A DNA stretch of 64,000 nt from Eledone cirrhosa (GCA_964016885.1 OZ024743.1:319610001-319674000); one strand, 5' to 3'; counted from the first letter of the stretch, positions 27,033 to 40,110 are shown. The notes: generated from the sequence alone by a model not told the origin. Numbers and translations are program-made.

Positions 27033-30000
27033 CAAAGGAATTGTGGTAAGGAACCAAATGGACCATAACGCACCAGAGTACTCAATACTTAAGGTAGTAG
27101 AGTGTGAAATAGGAAAAAGTATGACCCCGACGGCAGAGCTCAAGCCGTTTCGACGGCTATTTCTGGACTAAATTAGAATTTTTAGCCTGGTGAATAAATA
27201 GCCGAAGTTTTCCAGGGGGTACTTCCTTATATGGGAAGATTTTAGTTGTCAAGAGGATTGGTTAAAATTTGTTGTAAACACAAATAAGTCTATCATGGCA
27301 TTTGATGGGAGGTAGGGTGGCTGAACTTGCCTGTAGAACAATAGGGGAGTGAGTGGAGCGGTCAAACTTTGAAAGTGATATGTATACATCAGATTCTAAG
27401 GCTAGTGTATGAAGTGGGGGAGGGAGGTTATAGAATAGGTAAATCGAAAGAGAATAGGAGACAATAAAAGATACTAGAAAGAAATAAAAAAAAATATATA
27501 AAGTTAGATAGTGAGAAATGAATAAAAAAAAATCACAATGCTATCTTACAATTACAGGTTAATAAGTTGAGAATAGAAAAAAACTTATAGAAATAAATAC
27601 GTCCAGGAAATTGACTCGGGTTAGGGACATTTGTAGGGTGATTTTAAATCCCCAGTCCCGGAAGAAGTTGATTAGTTGTTTACGGACCCGGTCTGTACTA
27701 CTGGGGTTGTACCCTTTGAGGGTGAGGAGCCCATCATCCCAGTACAATCCACCGCCGAATGCAGGAAACATTTCGGTGAGTTTAAATAGTAGGAATAATC
27801 CTATAAGATCTGTGACCTCGGCCGAATCCGTCGCGCCCATACTGACGTCGAAGGGGGAGTCGGGAGCTCTCTTTATCCACTTGGCGTTGTCGAAAAGTAG
27901 GACTGTCTTCCTGGCGTGGAAAATGATATTTCTTTCCTGGTCAGTGATGGGCGTGAGTGTTTCGGCAAAGTCCAGGGCGGCCGTAAGGAGCGGTGAGGTA
28001 ATAAATGCATAGCAACTCTCTATGTGAAACTGGGTGAATTTTGTGTCCCGTATGTCCTCCATATTCCTGAACCATGAGATTACTTCCTGGATGCTGACCC
28101 ATAAGCTAAGTCTCACGTTTTGCTTAACTTTTGGTATAATTCGGTCTAGGATCTTTTTACTGATTCTCCCTATGTCCGACTTCGTTGGGCTTATAAGCCT
28201 AATGGATGATTTGCGGTCGAAGTCGGATTTGTGGTCCTTCAGTGTGAAGTAGGGAGTCCGTGGGATTCGGCCGAGATCACAGATTTTATAGGATTATTCC
28301 TACTATTTAAACTCACCGAAATGTTTCCTGCATTCGGCAGTGGATTGTACCGGGATGATGGGCTCCTCACCCTCAAAGGGTACAATCCCAGTAGTACAGA
28401 CCGGGTCCGTAAACAACTAATCAACTTCTTCCGGGACTGGGGATTTAAAATCCCCCTACAAACGTTCCTAACCCGAGTCAATTTCTGGACGTTACCCATA
28501 ACCTCGAAAATGATCTGTAATACCCTTATAGGAAACCAAACGACAACCTGCACTACATCCACCGCCGCTCTAACCATCATAGAAACATCACCAATAACCT
28601 GGTTAAAAACATTTCCCTCCGCATATCTCGTTTGTCCGCCAATGAGCAGATATTCGACGAACACGCGTCTCATTACAACCAGGCCCTCAAGCGGAGTGGC
28701 TTCCGGGAGGAAATATCCTTTTATCCAGCTTCCCTTAGCGGAACCAGCAGGCGACACCGCCGCTCACGCAACGTAGCGTGGTTCAATCCTCCCCACAATG
28801 CCGAGGTGGCAACACCTATCGGGAAAATCTTCTTTACACTCCTCGAAAAACACTTCCCACTACAACACCGCTACCACAGTATAATCAACAAAAACACCAT
28901 CAAACTCTCCTACAACACCACACCTAACTTCGCACAAAACATCGTCTCCTCAAACAACAAAAAACTCAACCCCTATGGAAGAAATAACCTAGACATCAGT
29001 GGAGAGCCGACCAGGAGGTGTAACTGCCCTGATAGATCCACGTGCCCCTTCAACAACAAATGCCGAGAACGTAACGTGGTCTACCAGTGCAACGTGAGGA
29101 CGGACACCTCCAACAAAGCTTATATAGGATTAACCGCGTGTGACTTCAAAACTCGGCTCTACCAACACCGACACACTTTCCGAAACCCGGTTCAGTGACA
29201 TACCACTACACTTTCGGGCCACATCTGAGACCTCCAAGATAACAATATAACCTACAATCTCACTTGTAGCTTACTATCCAGAGCTAACTCTTACACGGGA
29301 GGACGCCGTCCATGTAACTTATGCTCGGAGGAAACATTACAAATGCTGTTTTCGAAGGACCAACTCCTAAACAAGAAAGATGAACTAGTAACCGCATGCA
29401 AACACAGATTGCGTAGGACTTACCTCGCCCTCAAAGCCTATAACGACCCGGGTGGGTAGACACATGGGCACACACACACACTTGCCGAATAAGTTAGGGG
29501 AAACCCCAGCTTACATAGGTAAATGTATCTCTTTTCTTTTCCTCTTTGTCTCCTTCTTCCCCCTGTCTCATCCTATTACTTCCTTCCACCCCCTATTTTC
29601 TTCCTCGTCTGCTTTCCCCTTTCGCCTACCCCGATGCAGCCCATCGGGCCTTGTAGCATCAGTTTCCCCACCCCTGTTATTTTAAGATAGAATTGGCCGA
29701 ATACGTTTTACTAACTACTTATAGCAGAAGTGTTAAAAACCCCTTTAAGTTTGTATCTGTTTTGTAATTTCTATAAGTTTTTTCTATTCTCAACTTATTA
29801 ACCTGTAATTGTAAGATAACATTGTGATTTCTTTATTCATTTCTCACTATCTAATTTTATATATATATTTTTTTGTTTCTAGTATCTTTTATTGTCTCCT
29901 ACTCTCTTTCGATTTACCTATTCTATAACCTCCCTCCCCCACTTCATACACTATCCTTAAAATCTGATGTATACATATCACTTTCAACGCTTGACCGCTC

Positions 30001-30226
30001 CACTCACTCCCCTATTGTTCTACAGGCAAGTTCAGCCATCCCCACCTTCCACCAAATGCCATGATAGACTTATTTGTGTTTACAACAAATTTTAACCAAT
30101 CCTCTTGACAACTACAATCTTCCCATATAAGTTCGGCTATTTATTCACCAGGCTAAAAATTCTAATTTAGTCCAGAAATAGCCGTTGAAACGGCTTGAGC
30201 TCTGCCGTCGGGGTCATACTTTTTCA
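27031..30226 (+). mobile_element. Penelope-like retroelement (RT plus GIY-YIG endonuclease) with an inverted 5' arm and inverted pLTR
   Basis: Plus arm (about 28258-29441) encodes GLYRDDGL, WFNPP and CNC..CPFNNKC..NVVY..YIGLT..FKTRLYQH, with frameshifts and stops. Minus arm (27600-28252) encodes TLKDHK..RLISPTKSDIGRISK..DVSMGATDSAEV. 27115-27595 is the reverse complement of about 29765-30226. Confidence 0.92.
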
Positions 30227-30600
30227 TATATATATATATATATATATATGACTATCTTTATTTATTCTTTATGTGAAATATTGATTGTTTTTTCCCATGT
30301 CTGGTATTTTGCCTGAGAAAATACCTCTATGTATATATAAATAATATGTACATAGATTTATTTTTTAATATCCAGTTGAGTCCTTTCACACGTGGTTAGA
30401 ATTACCAATAGGGTTCAATGACCTACGTGTATATTATTTTATGTTTTACGATGACCTCCCCTTCCCATTTGGGGACATTGTGAAATTTCTTTTTGAAGGA
30501 CTGCTGTACTTTCAAACTTAGCGGTCATTCTAGCACTGACGGGGACCATCGCTGAATATTAATATCAATGTAGTTTTTAAAAATTGATATTACTTGGGCA

Positions 30601-30722
30601 TCCACTGATGAGTTATAAGAGCCCTCTTGCATGGATATCTATGGATTATATGCAAGCTTCTACATAACTTGGACATTATTTTCCCACCTTGTAGAAATCT
30701 TATAACGAAACGATCGTATGGA
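30601..30722 (+). ncRNA. Type I hammerhead ribozyme with a large branched insertion in stem II
   Basis: UCCA-CUGAUGA-GUUAUAAGA[77 nt]UCUUAUAAC-GAAA-CGAUCG-UA^UGGA. Stem III is the palindrome ACGAUCGU. Confidence 0.8.
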
Positions 30723-31229
30723 AAAAGAGATTTATTTAATTATGTCTCATATAAAATAATACAGCCGACTATCCACGAAATACAATATAGTTAGCACCCC
30801 AAACGCTTAATTCGGATTATACTCAGGTATATCCTAATGTTTGTTGGGTGAGATGGGAGTCGGTCGAATCACAGAAAAAAAGAGAATCAGTGTTGCGACG
30901 AATGGAATTTATTGGACATATTACAATCGTTTTTCTGGTGACCAGCTCGAGCCACGATCGATGCGATGATCGAACCTGACTCTGAAAGTCGCAAGGTCCT
31001 CAGATACGTCCTTGATTCTACGAAGCAGATTTTCCTAATGTCCTTTTACATCGATATCCTTCGCCTGTCTGCTTAGATTATGTTGTTGTCATTCTATGAG
31101 TGGTCAAGAATTATACACGTCATCAATATTTCTAGCCACTCATGGTTCATGGTTGTCCACTATTTGGTTCTTTTCATTCTCCACCTGTCAATCAAAGTTG
31201 TTTCTTAGATCGGAATTACTACTGTAGTA

Positions 31230-33199
31230 GGTAAGGGGTTGTAAGCTTGAACTGCTGGCGGCCATTCGACGTCTTTTCTGTCTTTAGGCGCCCTCATCCA
31301 CACCGATCACGTCCACACCCGCAACTGTATTGTATGCGACAATCACCGTAAATAATGCTTGAAGGGAATTTTTAAAACAAATTAGAAAAATATTTAACGT
31401 ATCGTTTCAAGAACACAGCCTCAGAATACCTTAAAACATACATATTTCAAAAAGAAAAAACTCTGTACAAGGAACGTTTTTAAATGAATGCTTGGAACAG
31501 CCTTTCAAAAAAAAAAGGTTATTTCGGAGGTATTTTTGATAAATATACACATATCTACACTCACACACTGTACTCAGGGAAGCGTGCATAGTTAAGACGC
31601 TGCACATATATACACAGATGAAAAAGAGAAAGATCTACACATAGCCATTCATACCCTCACACAGACATGTTCATACAAATACATCCATCCACCCAGACAT
31701 GTGTACACACGTGCGCATGCATATTTGCGTGGATACACATACATACATGTACCCGCGTATGTTCATACCGAGGGCACATACTTGATGAATACCCTCCCAT
31801 CCGTACACACACGCGCAGCTGTACACATGGTGCACATAGTATTACATGAGACAACGTTCTTGAGGCTTGGACCCAACCCGATCATGTGGCGGTATAAGCC
31901 CAAAAGTGCATGCACAATATGCATAAATGCTATAGCCGCATAGTATCCTTGCACTAATCACATATAACTTGGGTGGCACATATATATATAAAAAATTCCT
32001 GTATGTACATAAAATAATATAATATAAAATAATATAATATAAAATAAAATAAAATGCTGGAAAAAGGAATGTATACATGACAAGGATGCAGATGGGGTCC
32101 GGACATTATTGGGGTGTGCGTAAAGTTGCATAAAATACTTGAGGGCTGTGGTGCATATGGTTATATAATATACATGGGGACTGGGTAAGAGTCTGCACAT
32201 GATGCAGGTCTCATGGCTGGTGGACACATTGGGACCGTGCGTGCGTACACAAGCAAATTATATATATTGTGGATGTGTATAACATCCATTTCATAATAGT
32301 ATATATGAGATGTACATGTAGTGGATGTATACATGGAATAAATAGGGTATGTGTTTCATAACAGTACATATGAAATGTACGTGGAATGTATGCATGATTG
32401 GAATGTGCCAACGGCTTGTGTTGTAGGCGTGTATATATCAACGGCAGGCAAAGTTAAAATTAACTGCAACATTAACCTTAAAACCAGCAACAGGTCCGGT
32501 ATCTAAGCAGCAAATTAAACACCACGAATCTAAGATCGAAAATCAAACATTGGAAATTTAAAATTTGAAAATTTAAAACCACACATAGGGTTGTAGACTA
32601 ATTCAGACTTATATTGAGTCGGCGTCCGCAAATTGGTGTGGTGGTGCTATCCAAGGTACGCTACGAGGTAGGCATCGCTGGATCTGTCGTTGATATCAGC
32701 TTGTTCCGTCATGCATTCATAGGTATGCTGTGTTATATCGTGGTCCGTTGCATGCGCCCCACCTGGTATTGTGATGCCGGTAGTGCCTTAGGTAGACCCA
32801 TCCGGTATCACTAAAGCGGAGAGCATGCATTTACGTTGGTGTCTGCAGGCCATGATGATTTCAGATTTGAGGTTGACTGCGTCGCCCTTAAGTTTTACTA
32901 TCTCTAAAGCCTCGGACAAGCACAACTTGCACTTCCTCTCCCCGGCCGAGTACGCATTCGCACGCTGTACAATACTCCATCTGAGGTCAAACTCTATGCC
33001 ATTGTCTTTCAGTCCCCATACTAAGTCCGCCAGTCTGGTGGAGTGTCTCTTGTTCCTGTCCTTGAACGAGTACATCCTCGATTTAAAAGTCGTGGATGTA
33101 GCTCCGATGTATGTGTGCCTATCGTTGTGCGTGGTAACCACACATCTGTAGACAACGCCCTTAGTCAGGCACATTCCCTGCAGAGGGCACTCCTCTTCA

Positions 33200-33207
<8 letters not shown>
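31230..33207 (-). mobile_element. 5'-truncated Penelope-like element: GIY-YIG domain (32812-33200) and 3' region
   Basis: CPLQGMCLTKGVVYRCVV..TYIGATSTTFKSR..WSIV..CKLCLSEALEI..NLKSEIIMACRH. The 3' boundary is approximate. Confidence 0.8.
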
Positions 33208-33276
<69 letters not shown>

Positions 33277-34249
33277 CGGGTGAATATAAAAATCAAAATG
33301 AAATAATATAAAATAAAAAAATATATATATATACGTAAGGACACCTAAACATCATTAAAATTAGATTAGAATTGTGAGTGGTGGAGTAGGTAGAGCGTCG
33401 AACAAAAAAATGCCTGGCGATATTTAGTAATCCCTCTTTGCATTATTAATTCAAATTCCACCGAATTGACTTTATCTTTCAATCCCCCATGATCGATAAA
33501 AAAGAAAAAACTAGCCCATTACTGGAGAAAAAACTAGCCCATTACTGGATTGGATTTAATCGATTAGGAGTGAACATCGAATTTGCTTCCTAGTGGACAA
33601 TTTAAATAATAAAAGTATTATTGGAACGGAGAAAATGAGCGGTGGACTGTAATCGGTAGAACGTTGGACAAAATGTTTTGCGGCATTAATTCAGGGCCCT
33701 TTAGATTCTGAGTTCAAATCCCGCCACGCTCAATTTGTCTTCCATCTTTCTGGGGCTGATAAAATAAAGTTCCAGTCCCGTACTGGGATCGATTTAACCC
33801 CCAACCCCCAAATAAAATGTTGGTTTAGTGCCTATATTAGAAACCATTACTAGGATGGAAAATGGTAGAAATGATAAATTGCTTAAGAAACTCCTCATGG
33901 TATTCAGTCAGGTGTTTTTTATGTTGTTTTGTGGTTGATTTTGCCTTTCTTTCCTCCAGGGGTGGATAAAATATCTACTAGTCAAGTATTACTGTCGTAT
34001 TAATAGACTGTACTTTTCTCCAAATGTCACGGCTCATAATTCACAGTTGTAACATCTTATCTATTAATCTGACCGTGTCCAAATTGATAATGAAGATTAC
34101 GGGGAAAACGACAAAGACCTAATACTGAAGAAAAACTAATTTCATTTTCCATAAAATTGACACGATAACCACCACCCGCCTCCGTTATGGGGTTGCACAT
34201 GGAAAGTTTATTTTTTAGGTCTCTAAACACTCTAGTAGTTGTTCCCAAC

Positions 34250-34520
34250 CTTTTCCCTGCCAAGGATTCTTTTATTCCCACGGACCCCCAGCTACAATTA
34301 TTACTCGGGCACCACCGACAGCAATGCAGAGAAGAGGAAGATAAACAAATACCAGGGTTTCTCCGACCAGTCACCGTCAAGACCTCTGGTGTTATCGGTC
34401 CCCTCACTGCCGTTTTCTCCGCATTATCAGAAAGACAGCAGCCCACCAGAGGAAGGAGCCCCTTAAGGTAGGGCTGACTGTTGCATCGGGTGTCGTTGGC
34501 CCTTCTCCGTTTTATCTGCG
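34250..34520 (+). mobile_element. CRE-like RLE LINE C-terminal fragment
   Basis: AEKRKINKYQGFS / RPVTVKTSGVIGP / LLHRVSLALLR, similar to the 8.3-kb fragment. Confidence 0.6.
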
Positions 34521-36714
34521 GGGCACAGCCGAATCACCACTCACCACTCAGACTGATGCGTAAAGTCTGCCCCCCCCCCCCCCCCGTTCTCCCTCGCTTC
34601 TCTTCGTTGCTTGGTTCTCTTTTTTCTTTTTCTTCTTTCTCCTTTTTTTTTGTTTCATTTAAATTTTTTTTTTAACTGTAATACTACTTTCACAGGTTGC
34701 TATACGCTGATGATAGTCAAAAGAAAGAAATGTTTCTATTTTGAGAAGAATGCATAACCAATAGTGTGTAAATATGCTATCAACAAAGTACTTGAAATTT
34801 TAAACTTAGCACAGGGACCCACTGTTCTACATTTAGGGAACCACTGCACTAAGATATTTTTGTTATTGTTGCTGTTGTTGTTATTTAGCCACCAGTTGGC
34901 AATACCCAAACAGGTTTGTGACCAAATGTGTCCTTGTCAAAACCATCCCTTTGAAAAAAAATGTATCTAAGACTATATGTATTATTCAATTGCCTCCATT
35001 TAAAACGCTTTCGTGAGTATGTTTGTAGTGAAATACAATATATTTCAATTAATTAATGAAGAATTTTAAGGGAGTTACTAAAGCTATTAATTATTTCATT
35101 GTTAAAATGGTATTTGTAGCATGACTTAATAAAAGGTTCTTATATATAATTATGCTGGAAAGTATTAAATTAAATAGCAACCCTTTTAAAATGTGTGGTA
35201 TTGCTTCCTAAAACCATAGGTGATTGTGGGTAGATTTGTATCAAATGGGTTAAGGAAGTATGGTATGGTTTGAGGGAAATTTAGCTGCTTTTTCTATCAA
35301 TTCAGGCGACAACTTTGACTCGATAGAGGGATGGGTTGCTCCATTTGGGTTGGGGAATAAATGCAGCATATTACTAGAACTTAGTTGCTTTTGGCGTAGT
35401 TGATTGGTTAAGAGGTTCGCTTCGTAATCATGAGGAGCTAAGTTCCTTGGGCCTTTAATCTAACCACGGAATTACCCAAGCCTTGTGAGTGAAACTAGGT
35501 CTTCGGAAACTGTGTGTGCAGGCTCGTCAGATGGATTGTATCTATAATTTATAAGTCCAGTCTTGCCACGTATTGTGTCAAGCTGATTCTACCTGAAAAT
35601 TTCATTTAGGGTACATCTGTTTGTTGAATACGCAACAACTTACACGGTAATACAAGTGTCCGGCATCTAGTTGATCGAACTACTGAGCACTCACCGTCGA
35701 AACCGATGGAGGGTCTATCGTCATGGTGTTCTTTCGTTTTAAGTAGACATGAGCCGTTGAAAATGATCAGTACTAATTAGAAATGATTTATTAATAAAAG
35801 AGAAGGAAATATCGCATTATTCACAGACATAACGTTATTTCTTTTCCACGTATCTGCTAAAATTTTCTAAATTTTGTAAATCCAGAATAATTTATTAGGA
35901 TAGAATTGTCAAGATCCCAGACATCATTCCCTTACTGAATGGAGTAGAACACGTCCGATCAAACGAAGGAAACAGTGTTTTATTGGTCTTTCCAATTGCT
36001 GATACTATCTACCAGTTGTCACTCCTGGAAGAAAGAGCAACGTGAAATAGAGTGTCTTGCTCAAGGACATAACGCATCGCTCTAGGATCAAACTCACAAT
36101 CTGACGAGTACGAATCCTACTCCCTAACCACTAAGCCACATGTCTTCACATTAGTGGTAAAATTCAATGTTTAAAATTAAATTATGGCTGCAAGAAGTTG
36201 CCACTGGTAGATAATATCAGCAACTGGAGAGACCAATCGAAACATTATTTCCATGGTCCAATTCCAGCCCACTCTGTAAGCGAATAAGGTATGAAATCAT
36301 GTGGATCGAACTCTATGATATATATGGTTGATAAGGATTTTAAAGAAAATATGAAAGATCTAGATAAATGCCAAATGAAATTATTATCTACTTCAAACGA
36401 AAGAACGGCATCAGCAGTGCTTATCAAACAGTAGAGGGAAGAAAGGCAAATGTAATTAACACTGACGAGATTCGAACTCGTAATGACGGGAGGTGAAATT
36501 AATCAATATAATAAAGATTTCTAATTTAAGCACAAAGCCAGAGATTTGGGAGAGGTCGATTAAATTGACCCCAGTATTTCACTGGTACTTCATTTTACTG
36601 AGCCTGAAAGGATGAAAGGCAAAGTTGATTTCGGTAGGATTTAAACTCAGAAAGTATAGAGCCGCAACAAATATCCACAAAACTCCTAACAATTCTTCTA
36701 ATTCAGTAGCCCCA

Positions 36715-36985
36715 CTGATGATGTTGTTCATGATGATGGTGGTGATGATGATGATGAGGGTGTTGTTGAAGATGATGATGGTGGCGGTATTGTTGTTGAT
36801 GATGATAATGTTGATGATGACGACGACGCCGATGATTATGGTGATGATGCTAATGACGACGACGATGATGATGAAAATGTTGATGGTCATGATGTTGATG
36901 ATGATGATGACGACGACGACGACGACGACGATGATGATGATGATGATGACGATGACAATGATGATGATGATGTCAGCGACGATGT
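36715..36985. repeat. (GAT/GAC)n trinucleotide tract within a SINE
   Basis: SINE family A sequence (minus strand) lies on both sides of the tract. Confidence 0.85.
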
Positions 36986-37074
36986 TAATAGACGTTAAGT
37001 GGCGAAATAAATAGCGCAAAGCATTATTTCCGACGCTCTACCAGTTCAGCCAGACCACCACCCTTATAATTATT

Positions 37075-37595
37075 TATGCACATACACACACACAGCACAC
37101 GCATAATCACACACACATATACATGCATATACACATAAACAGTGCACGCATCATCACACACGAGTACACACACAGCAAATGCCTATGTACACACACAGTG
37201 CACGCATGCGTACGCGCACGCAGCACGCATAATCACACACGTATATACAGGCAGTGCATACATTAACACACACGCAAGTTGCACGCATAAACACACATAA
37301 CGCGCTCATAAACACACACACAGCGCACTTATAAACACACACACAACGCGCTCATAAACACACACACAGCGCATTTATAAGCACACACATAGCGCACTCA
37401 TAAACACACACACACACACATACACACAGCACACACATAAACACACACATACAGCGCACTCATAAACAGACACACATAGCGCACTCATAAACACGCACAC
37501 ACACACACACACACATAGCGCACTCATAAACACGCGCGCACACACACACTCACAGCGTACTCATAAACACACACTCACAACGCATTCATAACCAT
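37075..37595. repeat. CA-rich minisatellite (CACAGCGCACTCATAAA-like unit)
   Basis: Recurrent GCGCACTCATAAACAC units. Confidence 0.8.
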
Positions 37596-37856
37596 TTGCG
37601 TCTAACGTACGCATCTCCACACACGTTACGCACAGTCACGAGAACATGCACACACAAACGACTGTAGCATTTTACCATTACACATACAGAGGTGTGTACA
37701 TATTTATACGCACACTCACAAAGAATCACGTATATACAGATAGAGAGAAGCAAGTATAAAGAAACACAACACAGTGTTCACCCGGTATCGTAAAAATGAG
37801 AAAATTAAAGCCGTAAATAAGTCCTGTCGTACACTTAAAAGTTTATATTATACACA

Positions 37857-37947
<91 letters not shown>

Positions 37948-37953
37948 ACAAGT

Positions 37954-38032
37954 CCGATGAGCTATGGATTCCAGTGTCGGGCCCGATCGATACCGATTCT
38001 ACCTTCAGTTGATCGATCGCGAAACGCGCGTC
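37954..38032 (+). ncRNA. Degenerate hammerhead with an extended stem II
   Basis: CCGAUGA-GC...GAUCGAU...AUCGAUC-GC-GAAA-CGCGCG-UC, followed by AATAAA. Stem I does not pair. Confidence 0.4.
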
Positions 38033-38602
38033 AAAAGTGAATAAACATAAATGTTTCTACTTTTGGCACAAGGCCAGCAATTATCCAATAAACATAATGA
38101 TGCTATATTGAAACCATGTTCCTGCTACGCCCGCCGAGGTTGACTTTGCCTTTCATCCTTACGGAGTCGATAAAATAAAGTACCAGTAATGCACTGGGTA
38201 TTTGTGGCCTTGTGCCTAAAGTAGAAACAATTATTATTCGCCGAGGTTGACTTTGCCTTTCATCCTTACGGGGTCGATAAAATAAAGTACCAGTAATGCA
38301 CTGGGTGATTGCTGGCCTTGTGCCTAAAGTAGAAACAATTATTATTCGCCGAGGTTGACTTTGCCTTTCATCCTTACGGGGTCGATAAAATAAAGTACCA
38401 GTAATGTACTGGGTAATTGCTGGCCTTGTGCCAAAAGTAGAAACAATTATTATTATTATTAACACACTGCCTCATAAGGCTACCGACTACGGTAAAAGTA
38501 CTCCGCAAACAAACCCATATAGCCATTAAGTGGTCAAACGGCTGAAACAAAAGTAATTAAACGTTACATACCAATAATCTATACACACACACACATACAC
38601 AT

Positions 38603-38703
<101 letters not shown>

Positions 38704-38795
38704 AGATGTAAAATCCCAACCGCGGCGCCAAGTGGTTTCGCTAGTGCATTGAGTACTCCTATGGTTAGTGGTCTCCTCGGTCTCAGCACCCTAGA

Positions 38796-38889
<94 letters not shown>

Positions 38890-38891
<2 letters not shown>

Positions 38892-39028
38892 CAATGAAAA
38901 TGTGATAAGAAACCAGGTGGACCATAAAGCACCAGAGTATTCGATATTTAGGGTAGTAGAGTAATAGGAAAAGAGTCAGGACCCCGACGGCTGAGTTCCA
39001 GCCGTCGGGGTCCTGACTCTTTTCCTAT
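38890..39028 (-). mobile_element. Short Penelope pLTR end related to the 27.0-kb element, ending in a perfect 30-bp palindrome
   Basis: GGACCATAAAGCACCAGAGTA matches the 27.06-kb terminus. Arms 38964-38993 and 38999-39028 are exact reverse complements. Confidence 0.8.
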
Positions 39029-39200
39029 ATATATATTGATGCCCTAGGTAGCGTGACCCCTGTCTAATGATTGAAACCGGTAAAATGACTAAAAGTCTAT
39101 GTACGATATTTACATTAACAAGTCCCGAGTCATCAAATTGATTTATCGTCAGTATTTTATTTCTCGCTCTAGCACAGCTGATACATACGTATCCATACTT

Positions 39201-39232
<32 letters not shown>

Positions 39233-39533
39233 CCAGTTATATCCTGGACACGCCAAAAGAAAAAAAACATATAAAACTGTTAAATAATCTTCCCATAAAC
39301 TTTATTTTTAATCAAATCCAGTCGAACTTCATTTTATACTTTATAGTACTCAAACTATTCCAGTCGACGTATGATGTTACCTGTAGGTCAGGCACAAGCA
39401 GGTTTAAATGTCCTACGGTTCCATGCATCCTATAAATTAATAAATATTGTTATTGCTTATAAAAAGGTGATAATTAGTTATTAGTTTATTAATGAACAAT
39501 TAATTAATTAACACACCTGTACTTGTCACTTAC

Positions 39534-39876
39534 CTTCAATATTTTCTTTGTAGCCCTTTGTGAAATACATAATAGCTTTGGCCGCTCTCTCTGGGGTCCG
39601 CAAGAGTCCCTGCCGGTGAGGATTTTCTCCCAGGTTACTCAAAATACCTTTATAATGAGTGGAAAGTGACTTGACGATATCTTCTTCACTTGTTTCATCG
39701 TAAGTAATACTTTCTGTCCGTTTATAACGGGTTGGTTGAAACGGTGTATTTACAGGACTGAAAACATCGTTGTCGCTGTGGGTGCTCGGATGGCGTACGA
39801 AAGCTAATTTCCGTAACTGATCTTCAAGTTCCACATTCGGATCTGTCCGATACACTAGTTCCCGATGATTCTCCAT
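39534..39876 (-). CDS. GCH1: GTP cyclohydrolase I, first coding exon (343 nt, ends in phase 1)
   Basis: Translation ends ...[40 protein letters not shown], the GTPCH-I N-terminal signature. Canonical donor G|GTAAGT follows (intron starts at 39533). The split codon G+AT gives Asp with exon 2. Confidence 0.95.
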
Positions 39877-39932
39877 CCTTCAACGGGGAAATGTTTTTAT
39901 TCCTTGTTTTGTTTGTTTAATATTACTATGCA

Positions 39933-39972
<40 letters not shown>

Positions 39973-40026
39973 TATGTATAGAATTATATGAATATATATA
40001 TGAAATAGATTGATAGATAGATAGAT

Positions 40027-40110
<84 letters not shown>

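Noticed and set aside
36579-37019. Poly-Met / poly-Ile ORFs
   Set aside because: They come from a (GAT)n microsatellite inside a SINE.
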